Source of the DNA: Planctomycetota bacterium
GTDB lineage: Bacteria; Planctomycetota; B15-G4
NCBI GenBank assembly: GCA_965248575.1
Contig: CBDFJQ010000002.1
Coordinates: forward strand, 3,712,001-3,776,000
Direction: 5' to 3'
Length of the DNA: 64,000 bases
The notes beneath the pieces were generated by a model. That model made no database searches and was not told the origin of the DNA. It saw nothing but the letters and a program-made list of their open reading frames with translations. Below are positions 1 to 8,625 of the stretch, one piece after another; position 1 is the first letter of the stretch, and every line of letters starts with the position of its first letter. Both the position numbers and the translations under genes were made by a program.

Positions 1-1
1 C

Positions 2-1510
2 AAGAGTTTTCCTCAGTGTCCCCCGAAGCCGGCGAAGGGATTCGAGACCCTTAATCCGCCGGGGGTGGAGCCCATCACGACCTTGGGCGACCTGTCGACG
101 GAGGAGAACGGGCGTCTGGTGGTTGCGGGCGGGCACGGCTTGGCGAACAGCTTCAACGTGGAGGGTCCGCAGTACGGTTTCATCGATTCCGTGAACAACG
201 ACTGGTGGTTCGATGACACGGGCGACGGCCCGGTCAACGCCAGCCTGGTGTTTGACGACGGCTCGTGCCTCGAAGTGCAGGGGCATGCGTGGGTGGTGGC
301 GACGGACCCGGCCTACGCGCCGCAGATCCTGAACGTGGTCTCCCTGTGGGATGAGGTCTACGACAGCTTCGTGCGCAAGTTGGAGCTCCGGCCGGAGCTG
401 TTCACGGGCAAGAAGTTCGTGCCCACCTACACGCCTTCCTTTGAGGACGAGGTCAAGCCGATCTTCCTCTCGGCGGGCTTGCAGCGCTGGATCACCAACC
501 TGAACCAGATCGGCATCGGCGCCCATGACAAGGTCGCGGCCATCGCGGCGGGCAAGGACCCTGCGGACACCCAGCTGCACGGTTTGGGCCTGATCCGCGA
601 GCCGGTGGACCCCGAGAAACTCGGCGTGGGCCCGCCGGTGTCCGGAGACGATCGGCGCATGCCGCTTTCGCTGGGGGACTCGGCGCGCAGCCTGCTCTCG
701 CTCTCCAAGACGCAGTACTACTACCTCGAGCGTTGGGATGTGAAGGGAGCCACAGGGAAACCCCTCGCGCTGAACGCAGGCGAGACCCTCGACAAGGCGT
801 CGTTCTATGCAGGCCTCGGCGGGCGCTTCAGTCCGGGCATCGATCTGACGTTCATCTGTCGTGAGCCCGATCTCTATGTGCAGTCGTGGCAGACATCGGG
901 CACCGGGCCGTTCCGGATCAACCCGCAGCCTCTGGACTATCAGTCGGGCGGCCCGTGCCTCTCGCTGGGTTGGATGCCGCGGCGCGAAAAGGAAAAGCTG
1001 GGCGTGGAGCCCGGGGACCTCTGCAAGTTCATGGCCATCCCCTGGCACGCGGACTACAACTCCTGCGCCGTGCACTTGCCGGCGCCCAACCCGGAGTTCA
1101 ACAACACGCTCTATTGGTCGTGGCCAGCGCAACGTCCGGTCGCCGTGCACAAGGCTGCGGACGTGAGCAGCGATGGGCAGACCTTGGGTGAGCAGCGTTT
1201 CTCGGTGCGTGGCGAAGGCACCAAGACCTCGAGTCCCAACCCACCCCAGGTCGGCCCTCAAGATGCTGCAGAGGTGGGGCGCTACCAGCAACAGCCTCCG
1301 ACCGGAAAGGGTGCCGGGCCGGGAATCATGCGCATCCTCGACCACTGGATGAACATCGGCACGGTGATCCAGGCCACCAACATCGACGATGGGGTGCCCT
1401 ACGATCCGACCTTCTTCCTGGAGGTCATGAGCCGACTGGAAGACAAGGACAGCGACGGCGTGATGCCCTGGCCCACGAACGTGCCGGCCGGAAGCGGAAG
1501 CGGAAGCTGA
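2..1510 (+). CDS. lodA: LodA/GoxA-family CTQ-dependent amino acid oxidase (L-lysine epsilon-oxidase-like), 5' truncated by window edge
   Basis: Frame is open from base 2 (KSFPQCPP...). Family motifs NNDWWFDDTGDGPV, GGRFSPGIDLTF, PGDLCKFMAIPWHADYNSC (CTQ Asp and Cys) and YWSWPAQRP (CTQ Trp). A flavoprotein gene follows 4 bp later. Confidence 0.9.
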   Translation, partial: KSFPQCPPKPAKGFETLNPPGVEPITTLGDLSTEENGRLVVAGGHGLANSFNVEGPQYGFIDSVNNDWWFDDTGDGPVNASLVFDDGSCLEVQGHAWVVATDPAYAPQILNVVSLWDEVYDSFVRKLELRPELFTGKKFVPTYTPSFEDEVKPIFLSAGLQRWITNLNQIGIGAHDKVAAIAAGKDPADTQLHGLGLIREPVDPEKLGVGPPVSGDDRRMPLSLGDSARSLLSLSKTQYYYLERWDVKGATGKPLALNAGETLDKASFYAGLGGRFSPGIDLTFICREPDLYVQSWQTSGTGPFRINPQPLDYQSGGPCLSLGWMPRREKEKLGVEPGDLCKFMAIPWHADYNSCAVHLPAPNPEFNNTLYWSWPAQRPVAVHKAADVSSDGQTLGEQRFSVRGEGTKTSSPNPPQVGPQDAAEVGRYQQQPPTGKGAGPGIMRILDHWMNIGTVIQATNIDDGVPYDPTFFLEVMSRLEDKDSDGVMPWPTNVPAGSGSGS

Positions 1511-1514
1511 ACCC

Positions 1515-2690
1515 ATGTCGCTCTCCGGGAGCGAAGGCTACGAGGTCGTGGTGCTGGGCGGCGGTCCCGCCGGCTGCGCCACGGCCTTGTCGCTCGCAGA
1601 CCAGGGTGTCCAGCGCGTGCTGGTGGTCGAGCCCGGTGACTACAGCGCCTTGCGTATCGGTGAGTCCATCCCACCCGACACCACCCATCTGCTGAGCCAA
1701 CTGGGTGTGCTGGATGGCTTTCTGGCTGACAAGCACGAACCCTGCCTGGGCAACTGTTCGTCTTGGGGTGATGACGCCCTCGGCTACAACGACTTCGTGT
1801 ACCGGCCCTTCGGCAACGGCTGGCATCTGGACCGTCGTCGTTTCGATGCGTTCATGGCGCAGAGCGTCCGGGAGCGCGGCGTGGAGCTGCGCACGGGCGT
1901 CCGTTGTGTGGGCTCTGCGCGGCGTGACGACGGCAGCATCGCCCTGGAGTTGCGAGCCTCTGCCGGCGAGCAAAGCGAAGTGTTCGCGGGCTTCGTTGTG
2001 GATGCCACGGGCCCGGGCATGCGTTTCGCCCGCACACAAGGCGTCCGGCGGCGGGAGCTGGACCGCCTGGTGTGCGTCTCCGCCTACTTCGAACGAGCTG
2101 CGGACTCACCGTTCGCCAAGACCACGCTGCTGGAAGCGGTGGAGCAGGGATGGTGGTACTCGGCACGCTTGCCAGACAATCGCGTCGTGGTCGCCATGGC
2201 GTGTTCACAGGGTCAGCAAGCCGAGGACTTGGGCCAGTGGCAACATGCACTGGGTGAAACGCGCTACTTCTCGGAATGGCTGCAGTCGTGTCGACTGATA
2301 CCGGACAGTCACTCCGTGCGTCTCGCTCCGTCTGCGGTACTGGAGCGCGTGCACGGTGAAGGCTGGCTGGCGGTGGGCGATGCAGCCTCCAGTTACGACC
2401 CCATCGCTTCCCAAGGTATCTACAAGGCCTTGGCCGAGGGGCTTGAGGGAGGGCGGGCGATCGCCGCATGTCTCGCGGGTGAGCGACAGGCGCTCGAGCG
2501 ACATCAGGCAAATGTGTTCACACGCTTCGACGAGTTCCAGCGGCAGCGCTCCTACTTCTACGAGCAGGAACGCCGCTGGGAGAACTCCGCCTTCTGGAGC
2601 GAGCGCCGCGCGTGCCACATGCTTGAGGGGCCCGACGCAGCAGCAGCTGGGCTCAGCGAGGCTGACGAGTTGACTCTCGCGCTGGACTGA
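1515..2690 (+). CDS. lodB: LodB/GoxB-family FAD-dependent CTQ maturation flavoprotein
   Basis: GGGPAG dinucleotide-binding motif, IGESIPP, GWHLDRRRFD, WLAVGDAA..DPIASQGI; directly downstream of lodA. Confidence 0.85.
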   Translation: MSLSGSEGYEVVVLGGGPAGCATALSLADQGVQRVLVVEPGDYSALRIGESIPPDTTHLLSQLGVLDGFLADKHEPCLGNCSSWGDDALGYNDFVYRPFGNGWHLDRRRFDAFMAQSVRERGVELRTGVRCVGSARRDDGSIALELRASAGEQSEVFAGFVVDATGPGMRFARTQGVRRRELDRLVCVSAYFERAADSPFAKTTLLEAVEQGWWYSARLPDNRVVVAMACSQGQQAEDLGQWQHALGETRYFSEWLQSCRLIPDSHSVRLAPSAVLERVHGEGWLAVGDAASSYDPIASQGIYKALAEGLEGGRAIAACLAGERQALERHQANVFTRFDEFQRQRSYFYEQERRWENSAFWSERRACHMLEGPDAAAAGLSEADELTLALD

Positions 2691-2770
2691 CGCAGCCCAG
2701 AGGCATTGAATGGGGTCGCGGGTGCGCCGGTCTCCGGGTCGCCGGCGTGCGACAACAGGAGCTGCACGGC

Positions 2771-3319
2771 ATGCGCAAGGTCTTCGGGATCGGACTCAAC
2801 AAGACGGGCACCACGACCCTGGGTGTCTGCCTGAAGACGCTGGGCTACAAGCACTCACCCTATGCTGGTCGATTCGTTGCCGCTGCCCAGTCCAGGGAGT
2901 TGGACGAGCTGCTGGCCTACGCCGAGGCTTGGGACAGCTTCGAGGATTGGCCTTGGCCGCTGCTCTATCGCGAGCTGGACGAACGCTTTCCCGGAAGTCG
3001 TTTCGTGCTCACGACGCGCAACGATGCCGTCACCTGGTTCCGTAGCCTGTGCGGCCACGCCGAACGCACGGGCCCCACGCCCGAACGACGCCTGATCTAC
3101 GGCCACGAGATGCCCCAGGGCCACCGGGTCGAGCACCTGAAGCTCTACGAAGAGCACGTACTCGCGGTGCGCGCCTGGTTCCAAGGTCGGCCGGAGGCCT
3201 TGTTGGAAGTGTGTTGGGAGAGGGGCGCGGGCTGGCCGGAGTTGTGCCGATTTCTGGGGGCAGAGCAGCCGGGCGAGCCGTTTCCCCATGCGCACCAGGC
3301 TCCGGGCCTGGAGGCCTGA
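2771..3319 (+). CDS. PAPS-dependent sulfotransferase-family protein
   Basis: N-terminal KVFGIGLNKTGTTTL PAPS-binding loop, FEDWPW, FVLTTR..WFRS, GWPELCRFLG..PFPH; ATG at 2771. Confidence 0.8.
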   Translation: MRKVFGIGLNKTGTTTLGVCLKTLGYKHSPYAGRFVAAAQSRELDELLAYAEAWDSFEDWPWPLLYRELDERFPGSRFVLTTRNDAVTWFRSLCGHAERTGPTPERRLIYGHEMPQGHRVEHLKLYEEHVLAVRAWFQGRPEALLEVCWERGAGWPELCRFLGAEQPGEPFPHAHQAPGLEA

Positions 3320-3496
3320 TTCGCCGGTTTCCGTTACGGTGCGGCTCGCTCACCCTATGATCGGGATCTTGAGGACGTTGTTCCTGAGATCGTGAGTTGT
3401 TGTCTCCGCACGATCCTGCCCGGTGCATTCGTCACGGGAGCTTCGGGAGGCGGCCCATGGGTGGCCGCAAGACATATTCATTCGGGAGAGACGACA

Positions 3497-5662
3497 ATGC
3501 TTGGATTCCGTTTCCTTGGGCGAGCTCTCTTACTCGCATGTTGCTCGGGTGGGCTGCTGGCCCAGGACGTTGTCTTGGTCCTGGATGCGCTGGGTGATGG
3601 CGCTGGGAACCCCATGAGCGAGCCAGCCGCTCTCGCTGTGGATGCGAGTGGCCGATTGCTGGTCGCCGGGGCCGGGTCCCACAACGTGTTCTCGGTGGAG
3701 CCGGGCACGGGAGCGGTGACGGAGTTGTTGGACATCTTCGGAGACGGCGCTGGGAATCTCCTGTTCGAGCCTCGCGGGCTGTTGGCGGTGGGCAGTTCCG
3801 TCCTGGCCTCGGGCCAGTCTTCGCACAATCTGTTCCATCTCGACGACGCGGGTGGTGTCGCGCAGTTGATCAGCCCCACCGGTGCTACGGGACCTGGGGT
3901 GGCGCCCTTGCTGGGGCCCACGGGGTTGGCGCGCGATTCGAACGGCAACGTCTTCATCGTGAGTCAGGGCAACCACAGCGTCCTCATGCGGACGCCCACG
4001 GGTTCGATCCAGCGAGTTCTGAACGGAGGCACCGCTCCGCTCGAAGCAGCGAATGCCGTCGTCGTAGACAGCCAAGGCAACGCGTACGTCAGCGGCCTCG
4101 TCTCGGACAATGTCTTCCGCATCGCCCCTTCGGGAGAGGCGACGCTCTGGTTGGATGCGGGCGGTGACACAGACGGGGCCGTCTTGGAATCGCCGCGGGC
4201 CATGTGTTTCGACGCCGCTGGAAACCTGCTCGTCCTGGGCTCGGGGACCTTGGGAATCGGGCCCTTGGGTTTTGGCTCGGGAGCCATCTTGCGAGTCTCG
4301 CCAACCGGTGAGACGGAAACCGTCGTCGCCCTGGGGATCTTCGGGGTTCCGGTCATCACGCCCTGGGACATGGGTGTCGATGCAGCCGGCAACCTGATCG
4401 TTGCGGGTTCTTCGTCCGACAACGTCCTGAGCATCGCCCCCGATGGGACCTGGAAGTTGATCATTGACGGCACCGGTGACGGAGTGCACCCGCTCAGGAA
4501 CCCGCAGGGCCTTGCCGTGCATCCGGATGGAACGGTCTACGTCTCGGGGCTCGGAAGCCACAACGTCTTCCGCATCGACACGGACGGCACGATCACGCAG
4601 ATTCTGGACAACTCGGGGACCGGGGCCGTGAGCATTCTCGGCCCCCAGTCGCTGATCGTTTCCGACGCGCATGATGTGTACGTCGCCGGGACCGTGACCA
4701 ACAACGTCATGAAGATCGCTTCGGGCGGCGTCATCAGCGTGCTCGTCGGGCCAGACGGTGTCCCTGGGCCCGGGAAAGACCTGCGTCGACCCGGGGGCCT
4801 GGCACTCGGGCCCGCGGGGGAGCTCTACATCACCAGCACCCAGCGGGACCTGGGGCTGGTGGTCTCGCCGATGGGCCAGGTATCCGCATTCATCTCCTCC
4901 TTGGGCGACGGCAGTGGCAACAACACGCTGGACGCGCCGAGGGGTGTCGCCGTGGACGCGACGGGCGGAGTCTGGGTGACGGGCGTCGGTTCGGACAACG
5001 TGTTCCGTGTGGACCCCAGCCCGTTCGCTCCCATCCAGGAAATGCTCAATGCATCGGGCGTGACCGGTGAGGATCCGCTGCGCTTCCCCCAGCAACTCGT
5101 GGTGGACTCCCAGGACAACCTCTATGTCAGTGGAACGATCAGCAACACGGTGCTGAAGCGCTCGCCTGCCGGCGTGGTGAGCGTCGTGTTGGATGGTATC
5201 GGTGACGGAGCCGGGAACTTCTTGCACCACCCGTGGGGTCTGGCTGTGGATTCGCGTGATGCGGTCTACGTTACGGGCGTCCAGAGCAACAACGTCTTCC
5301 GAATCAGCCCACAGGGCAGGGTGCGACAATTGCTCGGCCAGGCTGGCGACGGCATGGGCAACACGGTTCTGGAGCCCTACGGCGTCACCGTCGACGGACA
5401 CGGCGTCGTGCACGTTGCGAGCAGCGGCAACGACCGTGTGTTCCGGGTGCTTCAAGACGGGACGGCCATGGTCGTCGCCGACCAGACAGGCGACGGAGTC
5501 CAACCCTTGCAGGCGCCGCGTGCGTTGGCTCTTGGGCCGGGCGGTGTCGTCTATGTGGCCGGCGAGGACAGCAACACGGTGTTCCGCCTGGCCGCCCCCA
5601 GTCTCGACCTTGCTCCAGCTGTCGAGGAATGGTCACGCCTGTTGAGTCTTCCACGGCGCTAG
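3497..5662 (+). CDS. secreted NHL-repeat beta-propeller protein
   Basis: Signal peptide (MLGFRFLGRALLLACCSGGLLA-Q) after GGGAGAG RBS; about 15 repeats of D.xGDG.G..L..P.GLAVD..G.VYV.G..S.NVFRI.P.G. Confidence 0.8.
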   Translation: MLGFRFLGRALLLACCSGGLLAQDVVLVLDALGDGAGNPMSEPAALAVDASGRLLVAGAGSHNVFSVEPGTGAVTELLDIFGDGAGNLLFEPRGLLAVGSSVLASGQSSHNLFHLDDAGGVAQLISPTGATGPGVAPLLGPTGLARDSNGNVFIVSQGNHSVLMRTPTGSIQRVLNGGTAPLEAANAVVVDSQGNAYVSGLVSDNVFRIAPSGEATLWLDAGGDTDGAVLESPRAMCFDAAGNLLVLGSGTLGIGPLGFGSGAILRVSPTGETETVVALGIFGVPVITPWDMGVDAAGNLIVAGSSSDNVLSIAPDGTWKLIIDGTGDGVHPLRNPQGLAVHPDGTVYVSGLGSHNVFRIDTDGTITQILDNSGTGAVSILGPQSLIVSDAHDVYVAGTVTNNVMKIASGGVISVLVGPDGVPGPGKDLRRPGGLALGPAGELYITSTQRDLGLVVSPMGQVSAFISSLGDGSGNNTLDAPRGVAVDATGGVWVTGVGSDNVFRVDPSPFAPIQEMLNASGVTGEDPLRFPQQLVVDSQDNLYVSGTISNTVLKRSPAGVVSVVLDGIGDGAGNFLHHPWGLAVDSRDAVYVTGVQSNNVFRISPQGRVRQLLGQAGDGMGNTVLEPYGVTVDGHGVVHVASSGNDRVFRVLQDGTAMVVADQTGDGVQPLQAPRALALGPGGVVYVAGEDSNTVFRLAAPSLDLAPAVEEWSRLLSLPRR

Positions 5663-5682
5663 GTGCTGCGTATGCCGGGCGC

Positions 5683-7164
5683 TCAGAACTGAAAGTAGAT
5701 GAAGGCCTGGGTGTCGGCGATCCCCTGCAGCGCAATGGCCCAGGCGACGCCATAGCCGAGCGCGAAGAGCCAGCTGGGGACACGCTCCCAGAGCCGCTTC
5801 GGAAGGCCGAGGAACGCGAGAGCATGCAGCGACGCCAGGGCGGCGAAGAGGCCCAGGCGCGAGGCGCCGAAGGATTGCTCACCTGGGGAATCGAAGAGCA
5901 CGAATGCCTTGAGGATCGAAAGGGTGTGCGCGAGTCCATCCATGCCCGCTCCGGGCACGAGCTCCGCTGCTGAGGCGGTCGTGTGTTGAAGGCGCTCGCC
6001 GCGCTCCGCGATCAGCAGGGACCCTGTGCGGAAGGGGATCCAGCAGAGGCAGACCCAGTAGAAGGTGAGCCCGGTGCCCAACAGCTTCATGGCTGCGTAC
6101 CGGGTTCCGGCAACGCTGCGGCTCCAGAGCTGGTGCACAACCAAACCAAGGCCATGCAGAGCGCCCCAGATGACGAAGCTCCAAGCCGCGCCGTGCCACA
6201 GGCCGCCGAGCAGCATCGTGATCGCGAGGTTGCTCAGGGTCCTGGTGTGCTTCCCACGATTTCCGCCGAGCGGGATGTACACATAGTCCCGCATCCAGGT
6301 CGAGAGACTGATGTGCCAGCGCCGCCAGAAGGCGGAGATGTTGGCGGCGAAGTAGGGGTGGGCAAAGTTGTCCGTGAGCCGGTAGCCCAGCAACCCAGCG
6401 GTGGCGATGGCCATCTCCGAGTAGCCGGAGAAGTCGCAGTAGATCTGCACCGCGTAGAACAGCACGGCGATCCAGGAGCTCAGCGCGTCGTAGAGTTCGG
6501 GCGCGGCGAAGTACTGGTCCACAAAGGGGGCCAGGCCGTCTGCGATGCACGCCTTCTTGAAGAAGCCCACCAGGAAGAGCACAAGCAGTGCCCGCACCTC
6601 GATGCGCTTCCACCCAGGCAGGGTCGCGAGTTGCGGAAGGAAATCTCGTGCTCGAACGATGGGGCCCGCGACGAGTTGGGGGAAGAACGCGACGAAGAGC
6701 GAGATGTCGAGCAGGTTGCGCGTTGGGCGCAGTCCGCCTCGGTAGATGTCGATGGAGTACGAGAGCGTCTGGAAGGTGAAGAAGCTGATGCCCACCGGCA
6801 GGATGATGTGCAGCGCTGGCAGGTCGCTCGCGAACCCCACCCATTGAGCCAGCTCGTTGGCGGACTCAATGAAGAAGTTCCAGTACTTGAAGAAGCCCAG
6901 CATTCCCAGGTTGGTGGCGATGCTGGCCAGCAGCCAGCCGCGCTTGGCGCCCTTGCTGCTGGCTCCATGAATGCGTAGCCCGGCGATGTAGTCGACCCAG
7001 GTCGAGACCAGGATCAGGGACAGGAATCGCCAATCCCAAGCGGCATAGAAGGCATAGCTGCAGAACAGGAGCCAGGCCTTGCGAGCCGTGTTGCCGCGCA
7101 GGCTCCAGCTCACCACGAAGGCCGCGCAGAAGAACAGCAGGAACTGGAAGTCGACGAAGAGCAC
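5683..7164 (-). CDS. MBOAT-family O-acyltransferase (AlgI/DltB-like)
   Basis: LPVGISFFTFQ, FFPQLVAGPI, QIYCDFSGYS, FWRRWHISLS.W.RDYVYIPLGGNR, GLWHGA, terminal FIYFQF. Confidence 0.95.
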   Translation of the reverse strand: MLFVDFQFLLFFCAAFVVSWSLRGNTARKAWLLFCSYAFYAAWDWRFLSLILVSTWVDYIAGLRIHGASSKGAKRGWLLASIATNLGMLGFFKYWNFFIESANELAQWVGFASDLPALHIILPVGISFFTFQTLSYSIDIYRGGLRPTRNLLDISLFVAFFPQLVAGPIVRARDFLPQLATLPGWKRIEVRALLVLFLVGFFKKACIADGLAPFVDQYFAAPELYDALSSWIAVLFYAVQIYCDFSGYSEMAIATAGLLGYRLTDNFAHPYFAANISAFWRRWHISLSTWMRDYVYIPLGGNRGKHTRTLSNLAITMLLGGLWHGAAWSFVIWGALHGLGLVVHQLWSRSVAGTRYAAMKLLGTGLTFYWVCLCWIPFRTGSLLIAERGERLQHTTASAAELVPGAGMDGLAHTLSILKAFVLFDSPGEQSFGASRLGLFAALASLHALAFLGLPKRLWERVPSWLFALGYGVAWAIALQGIADTQAFIYFQF

Positions 7165-8330
7165 TAGCGCTTGGACGCGCCAGCAGAGGGTTGCTCCATC
7201 ATCTCCGCGACCTGGCCCGCGAGCAGCCGGGTCAGGCGGCGAGCGGCCGGCCGCGCGAGGTGGTGATTGTCAAAGCGCTTGTCTGCTTCGTAGAACTCCG
7301 CGAAGTGCTCGAGCTCGTTGAAGGAAAGCAGGTCGGGAAAGAGGCCGTCCAGGTGCGCCTGCTTGAAGGGCGTCTCGTTTCGCATCGTGGGGAGGATCAC
7401 GAACACGAGGCGCGCCTCATGTCCCTGCATGATGTCGAGCACGCGTTCTACGCAGAGCCGTTGATAGGGGCTGAGTCTCTGGGCCAGCGGGTCATGGGCG
7501 TCGGCCTGAGGCGAGTTTTGCTCCTCCGCGAGCCCCTCGACCAGGTCCTGGAAGCGCTGCGGGTTGTCGAGGAATCTCGCGCGTCGAGCCAGGAAGCTCG
7601 GATGGGTCTCGGCTTCCAAGGCGAGCCAACCCTGCTGGTTGGCCTGGAGAAAGGACGCATCCATGGGGTCGGTCCCGGGTCCGGTGGCGAGCTCCAGTCC
7701 GGGGACCAGCGGGCGGGCCCTCCCGGCGAGGCCGATGTTGCGCAGGAAGAGTCGCCCGTGGGCGAGCAGTCGCTGCGCCCTCTCGTTCCAGGGCTCCGAC
7801 CCGGCGGCGATGCCCTTCAGCAGCCTCGCCATGGCATCCGCGTTGTGCCACGCCACCACTTGCGCTGCGAGCGTGTTGTTTCGATCAACCTCGGTGGTGA
7901 ATTCGCTGAGCTCCACGAAGACCCAGCGCAGACCACTGGGACCCGTCGCCATGAACTGCTCGAGGGCGTGCAGTGTCGATGGAAGCTTCATGCCCGAGAT
8001 GCCGAAGTTGAAGGCCCGCTCTTGAAGACCTCGCTTGGCCATTTCCTTCTCGAAAGTGGAGGGCACGATCTCCCGGAAGACCCTGCTGGAGCCGAAGAAC
8101 ACAGCGCTGTAGCTGTCGGTCGTCTGTTCCAGGTGGGCGAGCTTGAGCTGCACGGGAGTGACCGGGTCGGGGAGCAGGCCTCTGCTGACCCAGAGGGTTC
8201 CGACCAGCGCGGCGAGGCAGAGTGCTACGTGCAGCGCGTTGAACGTCCCACTGTTCCTGAGCGTGGAGCGATCGGGCACCTGTTTACGCGCCCGCGAAGC
8301 GACGCTCCCGGAGCGCGCAGAGGATGTCAC
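7164..8330 (-). CDS. membrane-anchored SGNH-like partner of the MBOAT (AlgJ/DltD-like)
   Basis: N-terminal TM helix, FFGSSR (block I), FNFGISG, DNHHL (DxxH); its stop overlaps the MBOAT start by one base. Confidence 0.7.
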   Translation of the reverse strand: MTSSARSGSVASRARKQVPDRSTLRNSGTFNALHVALCLAALVGTLWVSRGLLPDPVTPVQLKLAHLEQTTDSYSAVFFGSSRVFREIVPSTFEKEMAKRGLQERAFNFGISGMKLPSTLHALEQFMATGPSGLRWVFVELSEFTTEVDRNNTLAAQVVAWHNADAMARLLKGIAAGSEPWNERAQRLLAHGRLFLRNIGLAGRARPLVPGLELATGPGTDPMDASFLQANQQGWLALEAETHPSFLARRARFLDNPQRFQDLVEGLAEEQNSPQADAHDPLAQRLSPYQRLCVERVLDIMQGHEARLVFVILPTMRNETPFKQAHLDGLFPDLLSFNELEHFAEFYEADKRFDNHHLARPAARRLTRLLAGQVAEMMEQPSAGASKR

Positions 8331-8625
8331 GCCTCCCCTCCTTCTGCAGCAGGCCCCACTTCATGATCTCGTCGTTGCTGCGCAGGCATGCGGCGCAGTG
8401 CGTCATGTCTCGGTTCAGGGAGCAATCCCGGATGCAAGGGGAGAGCGTTGCACCCGTCGCGCACTCTTGGCAGAGACACGGGGCGCCGCGTGCGTCGGCC
8501 GCTGTCGCCTGCTTGGGAGAACACCAGCAGGGCTCGGTCTGTCGGGCGAGGGCACAGCGGTTGTCCGCCTGGCACACGGGGCATCGGGTGCTGTCCGCCG
8601 AGTGACCCGGCTCGCAGTCAGTCAC
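8284..8625 (-). CDS. Cys-rich CWC domain + DUF1289-like fusion (putative metal/Fe-S binding)
   Basis: CPVCQADNRC..CWC..CLCQEC followed by SPCIRDCSL..CAACLRSNDEIMKW; GTG start overlaps the upstream stop (GTGA). Confidence 0.75.
   Translation of the reverse strand: MTDCEPGHSADSTRCPVCQADNRCALARQTEPCWCSPKQATAADARGAPCLCQECATGATLSPCIRDCSLNRDMTHCAACLRSNDEIMKWGLLQKEGRRDILCALRERRFAGA

Noticed and set aside
1490..1510. GGAAGC x3 microrepeat at the end of lodA
   Set aside because: In-frame GSGSGS tail; too short to suggest phase variation.
5590..5662. APAVEEWSRLL tail resembling an IPTL-CTERM sorting signal
   Set aside because: Lacks the following hydrophobic TM helix; similarity too weak.
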